This document shows, in pieces, positions 28,817 through 40,805 of a stretch of 64,000 bases of DNA (positions are counted from its first letter, which is position 1; each line of letters starts with the position of its first letter). This stretch comes from Phoronis australis. Taxonomy: Eukaryota > Animalia > Phoronida. The notes beneath the pieces are model-generated. The model was not told where the DNA came from. It saw only the letters and a program-made list of their open reading frames with translations, and did no database searches. The translations under genes were made by a program, and so were the position numbers. Where the stretch lies: positions 1,657,095 through 1,721,094 of the forward strand of contig NMRA01000013.1 of the NCBI GenBank assembly GCA_002633005.1, read 5' to 3'.

Positions 28817-29489
28817 CTGCAAAAACGAAGGTGTGATTATTAGACAAGCATGGTGTTGACAACCTGTTTTGAGTTGTCGCGGTGAAGTGTGTATTGTGTT
28901 GTGAAGTATTTCAGTAACTAAACTGTGATGAGATTGGAAAACACCCGTGGAAATTTATGAGACCAGGACCTACCTGTTATTGTGTACATGATGACTTGAA
29001 ACCCCAGTCCAGTACTCGGGATTACATGCGGTCAGCCCTCATTGTGTGGGGATGACCTACATCGATCACGTATGTGAACCCCTGCTTGGAACATAAGGCT
29101 TGTGGCCAGATCGTTGCTTCATTTACCATGTCATAATGATTAATTCATGACACGTTCGCCGTACCTCTGTTTGTTGATGTCATGCCACTTCTTATTGCCT
29201 TGTTTACCAGTTTGAACATTCCGTAGGGCCGTTTTGTTACGGAATTGAATTGAAATGTTTCATAGGAAAAAGTTTGAAATCTAACTTGGCGTTTTGTCTC
29301 GTGAATGTTTTCGTTCTGCTCGCCTAGTGTACATGACTTTGATTGACCTTAGTTTAGTTTCTTTGGATGAATTAACTCCCAGTTAACTTTACTCGGGTGT
29401 AGTATGAAGCACACATTTTGGTACATGTGTTGTGAAATGTAACACAACTGATTGCAATAGAAAAAGCACTGAGAGTACCAAATCAGGCG

Positions 29490-29685
29490 GAAAACCGGTG
29501 TTTACAAGTTCCCATGCCGCGGTCGCCTCGCTGTCAAAAGCCATTCATGATACAGGCATTCATGAATTCCCCACCATTTTGTGAATGAATCGGGCGAATA
29601 ACATGCACCTTGTTTACAAAGGTGCCCCAGCGTCATTCAATAGAGAAGTTATATTGCGTTTGAATGGAGGCATGAATGGGGTGTT
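29490..29685. promoter_or_regulatory. Candidate intronic enhancer: cluster of Capicua/HMG-type TGAATG motifs with Fox and CSL sites
   Basis: TGAATGAA 29582, TGAATGGA 29661, TGAATGGG 29673; reverse-strand CATTCA at ~29542, 29557, 29634; TGTTTAC 29499 and 29611; TTCCCATG 29509. Confidence 0.4.
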
Positions 29686-30274
29686 ATTCAGTACACTGAA
29701 ATCAAACCCTTGGACTAAAGTTCTGTTTTCTTAACACCATTAGTAATATAGTAGATTTAGCTTAAGCGTGATTATGAAATGTTTTGCAAGGAAACACAAT
29801 AAATATTCCTCCTGCGTAAAATAAACAAACACGAAAACACTTCATGTGTGGGATTCTTAAACGAGCTAGCAGACCTACAAATTCACATACGAAACCAACT
29901 ATAAAACCATCAATCTTTTCGACCTATTTACTAGACAAGTAGTCGTAAGCGGAGATCGTATCTGTTAGCAAGATTGTCGACAACTATAAAACAGCGGATG
30001 GCGTTGGACCACGAGTCTGCGGCTCCATTGATGTGTTCTACTTAGGGCCCAATACACATTCAAGGGTATTCCGAGACTGGCGCCACACATCTTCAAACGA
30101 AGAAAAACCATTCGCAAGTCCGATGTGGTGGAACTAATTTGTCTTACGTCAAATGCCTAAACCCTTTGTCGACACCGGGCATTTTCACAGTTATTTGAAA
30201 TGTTCAGTCCATAGGACACTAAGCGAGATTTCGTATCGAGATCATTTTAGCTTCGTCAAACAATCGGAATCACC

Positions 30275-30450
30275 GCAGATTACGCCCACGTGACGTCGGT
30301 TGCGCAAAACCGCAATTACGCTGCGTAACTGACAAGTATACCTGTTGATTCTTCGCAAAAGCAATTACGCAGTAGATAAGAATACTGAGACTTGAGAGCT
30401 TGAAGTTCTTTCCTGTATAGAAGTTGTAATTGCGTTAAACGCTCACGTGG
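30275..30450. promoter_or_regulatory. Candidate intronic bZIP/E-box element cluster
   Basis: CACGTGACGTC (E-box/CRE overlap) 30287-30297, perfect C/EBP palindrome TTGCGCAA 30300-30307, repeated TTACGC/GCGTAA half sites, second CACGTG ~30444. Confidence 0.4.
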
Positions 30451-30704
30451 TGCACTCTAAACACAAATGTCCTCACCGTTTAGAGCCAGTCAAACTATAG
30501 TTTGGGTTGGTGCACCCGTACTAGTGCATTTATCGAATGGAAGTGCAGCAAACGATGATATAGTTTCTATGGTTACTTGGATCGTTTTGTGGACAACGTA
30601 TCGTGAAAGTTTTTTTGTCCCCGTTCACAAAATCTTCCACGGGAATAAAGTGAATTCTAAAATATAATGTAGTAAGTTGCAGTAGTAGATCGCTATGTAC
30701 GTAT

Positions 30705-30725
30705 ATCGTATCGTATCGTATCGTA
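30705..30725. repeat. (ATCGT)4 microsatellite
   Basis: atcgtatcgtatcgtatcgta read directly. Confidence 0.85.
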
Positions 30726-30859
30726 CAGTCAAAAACACCTACATTTTTGCAATACGTAGAGTAGTGGACGTATTTGTGACTCAAATTGTGTAGCGTGCCT
30801 AGTTATCGACATGAAATCGACCAAAGTCATGACAGTTTGTCAGTAGTATTAGCACCTAC

Positions 30860-30982
30860 CTGGTGTGAAGGCCAGCACTCCACTGGCACGTTCTCAGTTG
30901 GAGACAGGAAGCAGTCGCTATCGGGGACGATCTGGTCATCAAATACTTCGTTTTCCATAGAATGACGTAAAATTTTTTCCAT
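30860..30982 (-). CDS. KLF5: Kruppel-like factor 5, probable exon 1 (41 codons); not in ORF track
   Basis: ATG at 30982, MEKILRHSMENEVFDDQIVPDSDCFLSPTENVPVECWPSHQ, donor CAG|gtaggt, phase 0 matching exon 2; total model ~433 aa. Confidence 0.7.
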
Positions 30983-31084
30983 CACTTGTAAACCTCTTTT
31001 ATGGAGACGGGTTATTTTCCTATGACCACGACAGAGTGAGGGATAGACGTTATTTCTAGTGAGCGTCCGGTAGTAGCTGAGTGT

Positions 31085-31190
31085 CGACTTATGAATGAAC
31101 TTTCATTGAAAAGGGTTTATCGCCATTTCAAAGGCGTGTTTATTGAAGCAAGCTCCGCCTTTCGTTTGCTTTCAGCCAATAGGCGTGCGC
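31085..31190 (-). promoter_or_regulatory. Candidate KLF5 core promoter
   Basis: Inr-like TCATTC (~31093-31098, - strand), GATAAA ~25 nt upstream, GC-box-like ctccgcct (~31153) and CCAAT box (agccaatagg ~31174); CpG-rich context. Confidence 0.45.
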
Positions 31191-32675
31191 TTAGTTGTCA
31201 TTGAGCTGTATTAGGTCACGACGAAGGCAATTCGCCGATATTTCGTGGAAAATGAATCATTCAGGCTTCCAGGTATATATAAAAGGAACGAGGAAACAAG
31301 TTGTTTATCAGATTAACGCACATTGTTTTAGTCCATCATTGGTGGGTTTAAATGGCAAAACAAATCAATCGACGTGCTTTGTACATAAACAACTTGATGT
31401 TTTTAGGCATCAAACCTTGACAGTAACAATGCAATAAGTGCCGTCATCTGATCTATGTCCTATCAAGTTTCTTCGAGACATTGTTTGATCGAAACTTCTC
31501 GGTGAAGAAAATCGTTTCTTTCGTAGACTTGTTGTCGAAAATCAACAAGTTAAAAATAATATGCACTGTTTTAGTAGGGCTGCGACACTCACTTTGGGCT
31601 TGCAGTTCTCACGCTAAGTTTTATAAAAAAGTCCACACTAAGTTCCGCGTAAATATGCCCGTTTGCAACAATCGTTTTATATGTTAGCAACGACACATTG
31701 AATTGCTGTTTCGTTCAAGTGCAACATAATAGAACGCCTTATTCGACATTTTTTCAGAATGCATGTGAAACAGTTGCCCAGGCTTCAAGAAACAAAAATA
31801 GTTTTCATCATTTCTGAACGTTAACGTTTACCAAATATAAATTTTCTTTGTCACTGATGGATTTGCACTATTGGCGCAAATATGACTCCTATTTCCGAAT
31901 GTTTGTAGAGATTTGTCAAACATAATTTGAACAACAGTAAATGGCAGGTGTAATCAGTTCAAACAAAGCGAACTATATTTGGTGGGCTGTGATTTTTCAT
32001 GCAAAATTTGATTTATATATCCTTTTACTTCCTGAAATAATTGCATACACTTTTACCCTTGACTGAAGTGTAATATTTAGGTTGAACGTTTCGTTAGTTG
32101 TCTCGCTTTTTCCTAATGCGAGCTCATCTTTCTAGCGCCGCCTATTGGATAAAATCTGAATCTGTGAAATTTGTGTCGTGTACAGCAAGCGACATCTATA
32201 CAAAGTAGCGTTGTGTTGTAAATAAAACACTTAAAAATTTGGTTACGTGACTACGAGTAGAGACGAATTTAAAAACTGATGTTTACACTCTACAAACCTG
32301 CCGAAAGGTTAATTCACGCTTGTTTACTTACGGTTTATATGTTTTATGTGTCACGTACGATTATTGCGTATCTAGTAGTGTTTTTGTGTTCTTACCGTCC
32401 CGGCGACGCTAGACCACCTCGTGATGCCTACCTGTGCTGCGCCAGTCATGTCCGTATTCTGACTTATTTTATTCAAGATTTTGTTATGTCTTCACAGTGA
32501 GATTTTCCCTTCCCTGTTTTAAGACTCGATTGTCTTAAAGCCGCCCTTTCGTCATGAAAACCATATTTACCACTTACGTGTATAAAGTTGGCCTCTGCTG
32601 ATTGAATTGTTCGTCAGGCTAAGTAGGTGGTTTCAGTGCTTCGAAGGAACTGAGAGTTTATTATTGCTTAAGGTC

Positions 32676-32834
32676 CAGGGGCAGATCCAGGATTTTGAGT
32701 TGGAGGAGGGCAGGGCAGAGTATTAGCCAGAACTTTGCCCGTCAGACATTCGCACCCCCGAACTGCCAAATCATGGAATCTGGGAAAATTTTAGGGGGAC
32801 CATGGCCCTTTGCCCCCCCCTAAATCCGCCACTG
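32676..32834. mobile_element. MITE with 5-bp TSD (hAT5-like)
   Basis: TIRs caggggcagatcc / aaatccgccactg; flanked by aggtc at 32671-32675 and 32835-32839. Confidence 0.8.
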
Positions 32835-35800
32835 AGGTCTGTCTGTACAAGTTGGCTTGTCACAGCGTGTCCTTCATTTTGCCAAGCATGGTCTTGAGCA
32901 ATAACGAATCGTCAGTTCTTTGAAGATCACTAAAAATCACTTCTCTCACCAAACAATGGGGGAAACCGAGTTGACCAATTTCATATATCGGCAACTGGAC
33001 AAAATCCTTTCTTCGACGGAACGCGGGCTTATTGCCGTTTTCAGTGAAGGAAATGCCCTACAAGATTTCAATGTCGGCTACCCATAATTGTCATTACCTA
33101 CTGCACGAGCGAACAAAACATTCGTTATCGAGAGGGAGGTAGTCGACGAGACTTGCTGAAGCTGACGTTTTTGATGTCATAAAAACGAAAATGTAAGAAG
33201 ACAAACCTCAACACTTTATTTTTCACTCTTTCTCGTCAAAAATGCTGGAATAGCTTTGAAATTATTGTTTTACTTTACCACGTCATGTACAGACGAAGGC
33301 TAGCATTGGAGTTTAAAGAGTTCATATTTTATTGTACCAATGTCAATATTTTGCACATTTTCGGGAGGGTGATCGAGCAAATGTGTTTTCCGTACTTGCG
33401 ACAACGGCGAAAATTGTGAACGCTTAGAGTAGTAAGATCCTAAAAATTTACATCGTGTTAATCATTCCCAAGTAGCCCATAAGCGATTGAATAGTAACAA
33501 AAACTCTGCAACGCCTTTACTATGATTATTAGCAGGAAGAGATAACCATGGTTTAACCCTGAGGCATGCAATTTTTTTGGGGTGGCACTCGCCCCCTCCC
33601 CGCTTACTAAGGTCCTGATGCAAGGAGTCCATCGTTGGTCCAAGGTCAATGTTGTGTTTCAACACGCATTCGTTGTATAGCTTGAGCATTGAATTAAAGG
33701 TTTAAGAAATACAGTATCAGTTTTGCGCGTTTAAAGGCGAAGGCAACCTTTTTTCATGTCATTTTTAGCAAAAATAAGGTTCGTTGATTATCCCAGACAT
33801 ATTTTTCACTTATTTACTGCTTTTCGTAATTTAATTGATTACTCGTTGTCTACTCCGGAAGTGACGTTTTGGAAGGCAAGAATTTCGCGCCAATTTCTTT
33901 TCATATAGTCTGACTGTGAGAGCAGTCGAGTCAGTCATTGTTCTACCTCGGTTGTGATAAGTTCGGTCGTCNGGGAAGTTGCGATTGAGTGCCCTGAAGT
34001 CGATATTTTTAAAGTACAATTACACCACTGTTTAAGGTTGCAAAGTGAGTTTTTTGATATCCTTCTGTAGAAAAAGCTTTAATCTCTCTGATAAAATCAT
34101 CTGTTTCCTTTTAAACGAAACTTAAGTCCTGAAATTAGACCGGGGAAGGAGGCCAAAAACGGCGGTTTAGCTAGTTGTCCCTTCCTGGTTATCTCTTCCT
34201 GTTATTAGTTAATGAGCGGCTGACTAGTGTGATGGATGGTCTCGGACGAAGCGTTACTTTGTACCAGCGTATCTAGACCCATGCGTCATGTTTCCAATGA
34301 CGCGTTTTGTTCCGCATATAAACGTTTGCGCCTATGATTTACGTAGGCACAGGCGGCTACCCATAGGTGTTCTTCGTTTTTCACAATCAAAAAGAACACG
34401 TAGGCACGTAGGAAAATGAGTACCTCAGAAACTATAGCGCGATGGAAAAACTGTACCCGAGACAATATTATTGTAAAATAATACGAAATATATTCTTACT
34501 CCCCAATACACGCTGCTTGTTTTCTACCCCCACCTCACCGATTCTTTCGTTTCCCACTTCGAAGTTGAAACGATACAAGCCATACGCGACAGAGCCACAA
34601 TAATTACGGGGTAAAATACTTGGAAACGAAAAACACCGGTCGAGTACGCCAGAGGAAATTTGCCCGGCCGAATGTTTATTTCCACCATAGAAGCTGCCTT
34701 ACGTCACAAAAACCTTTTAATTGAGAGCACTCACCGTTTGACGCAATTTGTCTCAAATTGTTCATTAGCAAAATTAGAGAGGTGACTCCAGCCGGGCTTC
34801 AAAGAACTAACCGTTGTTATAGTTATTGCTTGAGACTAGCATCCACAAGTGGTTGATTTGTCACAGCGTGTCTTTTTATTCGCCGAGCGTGCCCAAGCAA
34901 AAACACAAAGCTGCTGCCAGGTCTTTGTAAAGCCAGATTTCATTTTTTTCTCATGAGCAACGAACGAGACCACTAATTGTGGTTGATTAGTCTGAATCAA
35001 AGTTCGCTTGTTATGGGCGGAACTTGGAATTGTAGTTGCTTTGTAATTTTAAAACATTAGCATGGTATAATTTATCTTGTTTCCCTTCCATATTTTGTTT
35101 TCAAAATGGGGTTGTTTACTAGGTAGATACATGCGTGTAAATAATGTGACCAGGTCATAAAGATAGGTGATCTATGACGTTGATCAAACACTAGTTCCAA
35201 CACAACAGAGCCAATGTTCATGATGCATGCAGTGACAACTCGCCAATGACCACAGGTGAAGTACAAGGAGGGAAATTCCCGGGGTGAACACAAGAAAACA
35301 ACAAAACGCGCAAGGTCACATATACTGACGATTGCCAACATCAAACTAAAGTACTAACTCCAGAACAGTAAATGCACCGAGTGTTTTAGCCTCTACCTGA
35401 ATTACGATAGCAGCGAACTCTCACGGCCAGCCAAAAGCTGTAAGGACTGGTGGGGGAATCCCTTAAACGTAGCCGCATGTAAAATGTCATGTCTCACTCT
35501 TCGTGATACAACAAGACGTCATTTTGGGTCAAATTTGTCACTTTTCACTTTGGAAATGAGTAATTCATCATTATTTTCAAGCGAAATAAAAGTACATTGG
35601 CAAAACCGTAGTATTGAAGCTGGCGGTTTCTACTTAAACTGTGCTCCAAGAATAATTTGACGCAAATGCACCTTTTTAATCGTACTCCTCAAAACCTCAT
35701 ATTTCTGAGCCATGACATTGTGATGGGCATATCACTTTATCATATAATTCAAATGACAGTTGCACTGGAAAAAATTCTACATTTTATGAAATAAGATAAG

Positions 35801-35902
35801 ATACGTTTGTAAAAGCACAGGCGATCCTATCTGGCGTGAAACCCGCGATGGTCTCGATGAAGAAAAGTAAATGACAATATTAATAAAAACGAGATTTTTC
35901 AA

Positions 35903-35943
35903 CTTCAACATGTTTCGACGTCTCATAAGTCATCATCAGGAAA
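35903..35943 (-). ncRNA. Minimal type I hammerhead ribozyme motif (Penelope-like-element type)
   Basis: Minus strand reads TTTC-CTGATGA-T-GAC(TTATGAGAC)GTC-GAAA-CAT-GTT-GAAG: catalytic core CUGAUGA...GAAA, stem II GAC/GTC, palindromic short stem III ACATGT, GUU cleavage triplet, stem I TTTC/GAAG. Confidence 0.65.
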
Positions 35944-36289
35944 AGTAATCAAGGTCATCTCCCATCATGGCCCACACCGTGTACAGTAGAGCTATGAGGA
36001 CGCATCCTAGCAACAAAACAATGACAACGCTTATGTTCAGAACTTCCACCTGCCAACAGGCCAGATAACATAAGCTAAGGAAAGGGCACAACTTATTTAT
36101 CACGCCACAACAGATTTACGTGTCTGGTGTTAATGGGATGATTTTAAAGATACTCCTTCCGCTTAAAACTGCAGTACTATTAGTTTTGCTGACTGAAAAA
36201 CAAAAATAGAATTAGGCCTCTTAATTACTGTTATAAAATCGGTCTCACATGATTGGCCTTGTTTTCTGCTACCAAAAATATTCTAATTT

Positions 36290-36525
36290 GGATAAGATGA
36301 AGCTGTAAGAGATATTTTCAACGTAGGGTTGTCGCAAAAAGAAACTGTAGACATGCTCAGGTATCACTTTGGTATCATTACTAGCATAAGGCACATTCGG
36401 TGTCTCTTGTCGAGACAAGGGCTCGTGCGTCGTAATAATTGTTCAGACATTGGTGATGCGATTGGTTTCATAGACCGACAAATGTCGATGCCAGAGCAGC
36501 AACAAGGTTATAGATTCATGCAAAT
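36290..36525 (+). mobile_element. Truncated N-terminal fragment of an integrase-core (IS3EU/IS481-like) DNA transposase
   Basis: DKDEAVRDIFNVGLSQKETVDMLRYHFGIITSIRHIRCLLSRQGLVRR...GYRFMQ matches the Clr5-like HTH plus GYRxM pattern preceding integrase cores; similarity ends abruptly. Confidence 0.55.
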
Positions 36526-37224
36526 AGTGTGGCAATGCGATGAGCCAGACTGTTTACGTACAGCGACACACCGAGGAAAATTATTTTGGGTTCCCGAGAT
36601 AATTAAGTCGGGAATTCGAGATAATTAAAAAAGAAGTGCCTGGTGTTATCTTTGGACCATCGTATTTTAATGGTACCCACTAAATTGTCAAAAAAGTTGC
36701 CGCGTTTTGCTATTCCACAAATTCTACCACACGGTCAATATTAGTATTGTTAGAAAGCCTTAAATTGAAGAACAAATCTTCAAAATATTTCAATTAAGTC
36801 TTACTTCCATTACAATATGCATATTTGCTGCTTTAATTATCGATGAGCCCAGCATCGCAGCAATGCCGAGGTCAGGTTGGAGGGGGGGGGGGGGGGGGGG
36901 GNAGCCAAGCGCTGTTTTCCCGATTTGTTCGCTAATGTAAGAGAAATCAGCATTTTATTGTCTGTTACCCACGAAGCCCAATGTAGAAGTCGCCGTATTC
37001 TCTACCAAGTTCTTCACCACAGGAGTTCAGACAGACACACTTCCATCCCTCACATATGGGCTTATTAAAATCTGCCGACTCTTGTTTTGGCCGGCTATAT
37101 GGAGTGTCATTCTTCAACATTCAACTGCACCGCAATAAGGGAATGTATTGATAGCCAAGGTCACTTTTTCTCATTTTTAAAGAATATTTAATAACACGTC
37201 TTAACTGTCAGCAAGGACAGTTTC

Positions 37225-37976
37225 TCACATATTTGATGTAATCTTTTTCGGGCCTTCCAAACTTTTGTAGAATTGAATCGTCGCATAAAATATGGAGCGT
37301 TCTGATTTCTTTATAACAAAACAAAACTCGTCTTTATCAACAGAACTAACCCATCCGTGAACTTTAAGTATGTCTCCCAACAGCGCTTCGCCAACGAAAA
37401 GTGCTGACATCTTACGGACAGCAAACGATTCTAAATAGACACGGTCGAATTTTCCATCCTGCATCGCCTGATATGCCGTTTCCATACATGCGCGTATATA
37501 AACATAATGAGTCACGTGGTCATTAGAATCAATACAGCTGGGGTTTACTCGAATCTCAGTGACCCAGGTCTCGTCTGGCACATCTACAGCACGCTGGTAT
37601 GCGGGAAGTGACGTGCACTTGCGATGTCCGAAACAGTCGGCCAACATTTGACCAACGACCGCTGTAGGTTTACGAGTGACGGGATCCACAAAGACAATAC
37701 GTTCGCTACAACTGACTACATCAAGATCGTCGACCTTAGCAGTGGTCATTACGTCAATGGAACTTCTTCCCACGTTGACAATTTTCGTATCAGAAGTCAT
37801 GTTCGTCAACCGGCCACGCCTGACCAGTTTGTAGAAATCCTTGGTGAAATCCAAGTTGGAAACAAGGATGAAGATCAAAGAGTTACCATGAAGACGTTCA
37901 AAGTTGGTGGTGTACCAGACAGTTACATGACGCCGCCATCCAAACACGTCTGCTACTTGCCAAATGTTCAGGTTGC
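37225..37976 (-). CDS. Double-hotdog acyl-ACP/acyl-CoA thioesterase-like protein A, exon 2
   Basis: Acceptor ttttttctttgaag|GC AAC; motifs NVGRSS, IVFVDPVTRKP, IDSNDHVTHYVY (DxNxH), LFVGEALLGD, FYATIQF typical of tandem hotdog thioesterases. Confidence 0.8.
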
Positions 37977-38651
37977 CTTCAAAGAAAAAAACATGCTTTT
38001 GTTGACCGAGTGAAATTTGTCTGCCACGCATTCTCATTGTCGGTTCACACGACACCTATTGACAAGATCGTGTTTTAAATACCCCAATTAACCCTGACCT
38101 GTGAGATGCACAGGTAGAAGTTTTTTTGAAATGCATGTTCAAGTTTATGGAGCACCAAAAATAAGCGTTACGTCTAGGAGATTGTTGAAATCGCTCCTCC
38201 TATCCACTTTCCAACGTCGGGCACGCTCATTGCTGCCAAAATACTTCAAGTTTAAAATCATGAAATTTGTTAAAAAATAGAAGGCTGTTCACTGGGGGCA
38301 AAAGGCCTCCATGCTGGTGGGGCAAGACGCCTACATGGGCCTTTTGCCCCAGTGCAGTGGGCGTTTTACCCCGTACACTTAGAATTCTGTCTGTAGAAGT
38401 GTGCTCTGCCTTTAAACAACTAACTTGAATTTTAAAAAACGTTTTTCGCATTTTAATGATATGACTACTGTTTTCATTTACTTGGCACATTTGTAACGCT
38501 AACGGCTGAAGGGATGGGTAAAAAAGGTTAGGTCCTACATTGTGTAACTATGTTTGATGCGAGTTTTTTTTTGAAATTTAAAGAGAATATGTAAATGTTA
38601 CCGACTTAAAGATCTTGATGATATTAGATGTTCGGTATTTTGGTTTTAGAG

Positions 38652-40760
38652 ATGGTACGAAAGTATAAAAGGAAAAGAGACAGGGAAAAGTATGGAGAAG
38701 CAATGTTACAAGCAGAGCTGAAGGCAGTAGTTGAAGGAGTCCCTCTGTTCAGGGCTAGCAAAGAGTTCTGAGTTCCGGCCCGAACCCTCCGGCGTCACCG
38801 GGACAGTCGCGTGGATGAACCGGGCACATTAAAGTTTGGAAGATTCAACCCAGCTTTCCCTGTTAGGGTCGAAATAGAGCTTAAAACACATGCTGACGCA
38901 ATGCAGCGTCGTTTGTTCGGTCTGTGCATGCATGACTTGCGCAGACTTGCTTTCGATGTCCCTGAAACCGCTGGCCTTGATCATCCCTTCAACAAGACCA
39001 CAAAGGTGGCAGGAACAGACTGGGCGAAGGCTTTCCTCACGCGACACGACCTCAGTTTGAGAAAACCCACTGGCACAAGTATGTCCAGGGCTTTGCGGGT
39101 TAACAAACAGCGAGTTTCTGTCTTTTACAGCCTACTCAAGGATTGTCTAAATGAACACAATTACTTGCCATCAAGGATTTGGAATATGGATGAGACAGGT
39201 TTCACAACGGTCCAGTAACCACGGAAAGTAATGGCATGCAAAGGCGTTCGTCAGCGGTGAACGAGGAGCATTGATCACTTGTATTTGTGCGTGTAGTGCT
39301 TCCGGTACATTCATCCCCCTATGTATATATTTCCCAGAGAGAGAATGCAGGAGAGCTTAATGAATAATGCTCCTCCACAGTCAGTCGGGCGCCAGTCCCA
39401 GTGGATGGACAGATGCAGATCTGTTTTGTGAATGGCTGGAACATTTTAAGAACATGACGAACTGTTGGAAGGAAAGCCCTCACATTATTTTATAAATGGG
39501 CACCATAGTCACAAAATGCTTCAACCAGTCAACTATTGTCGTGATAACGACATAGAACTGATAACGTTTCCACCACATTGCACCCACAAATTACAACCGC
39601 TTGACCGATCTTACTTCAAATCGTTAAAGGCCGCAGACAGCTGGATGACAGCCAACCCAGGGAGGAGAATCACTATTCACGAAATTGCAGCACTATCAGG
39701 CAAAGCATTTCTTCTCACAGCCGTCCCCGAGAGAGCCGTAAATGCCTTTCCGGCTTGCGGGTTATGATTTTTTGACCCAAGCGTGTTTGGAGATGAAGAC
39801 TTTGAAGGGTACTGCATGGTGACCTCGGAGGAAGAACAAGATGCTGCAGTCGCCGGTCATGTTCCAAGTGCTCAGAGCTGCTCGCTTGTTGTGGAAGTGG
39901 CAGACTCACTAACGTCGAACGCCGTCAAAATACCGTCGACGGTTGGAGAAATACAAATGTCGGGTTTTGGACGCTGTCTTTTCCGCAGTTTAGTAATCTC
40001 TATGGAGATGCATCTCCAAGATGAAGAGAGAGATCAGCATAGACGACCCTTAGATGGCCTGAGAGGGAAAGTAATCACTTACATGTGCCAGAACATCGAT
40101 GAATACGAGGGGTTGGTTACGGAGGTAATCAATGGGGACCTACCGAGGGAACTGCGATACAACTCGATGAAAGAAAGCATAGCTGCCATGGCTGACCCGA
40201 CGTGTAAGCCAGGAGAACTAGAGTTGGCGCCATTAAGCAAAGTGATTTAAAATACTATCATCGTGCTAAATTCTGAAACGCAGTTATTGCACAATACGGA
40301 ATCGGAACGCTTGAGAAGGAGCCCCTCATTGTACGATTTACAAGGAATGGTGACGTTGGTCACTATACATGTGGTCTGCAGCACAAGACAGTTCTAGAGC
40401 AAGAGGAAATCGAAGACATCATAAGACAACTGTCGCCATTGCCGAGCTCATCTCGGCACTCGACATCGAGGGCAGAAACAGTGACTGTCATCACTTCGTC
40501 ACCCTTCAAGAGAAAGTTAGAGGAAAAAAGGCAAAGAAAACATCACAGTAAGCGAAGAAAAAAACACAGAAAAAGACCCGCAAATGTAAACCCCAAGAGG
40601 ATGACGAGATATGTTTGGTGTGCGGAGATTCATACAGCTGTTCAAGACCTCAGGAAGTGTGGCTGCAGTGCCAGAAATGTCACAACTGGGCACATGAGGC
40701 CTGCCCATCTTCGTGTGTCCCACCTGCGAATAATTATAGCGACTGTTACTGTGTTGCGAT
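38652..40760 (+). pseudogene. pogo-like transposase pseudogene: HTH_psq + CENPB HTH + DDE_1 + OTU-like + PHD finger
   Basis: ATG 38652 MVRKYKRK...RASKEF*VPARTLRR (TGA 38769); AGTDWAKAFLTRH; WNMDETG; FINGHHSH; HCTHKLQPLD; SGFGRCLFRSL...PGELEL...DVGHY; CLVC...WLQCQKCHNWAHEAC; several stops and frameshifts. Confidence 0.85.
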
Positions 40761-40805
40761 AAATTTGATAGATAAGCTAGTTGTTGTGGTTTGTTGAATA
40801 AATTG

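Noticed and set aside
37624-38013. Antisense ORFs over real exons (also 28320-28583, 44663-44884, 60585-60839, 62473-62673)
   Set aside because: Shadow frames of genuine coding sequence with no independent motifs.
37977-38055. ORF-track N-termini of the thioesterases (also 45048-45072) and of KLF5 exon 4 (20921-20984)
   Set aside because: Read-through into intron polypyrimidine tracts; spliced models give better paralog and ortholog alignment.
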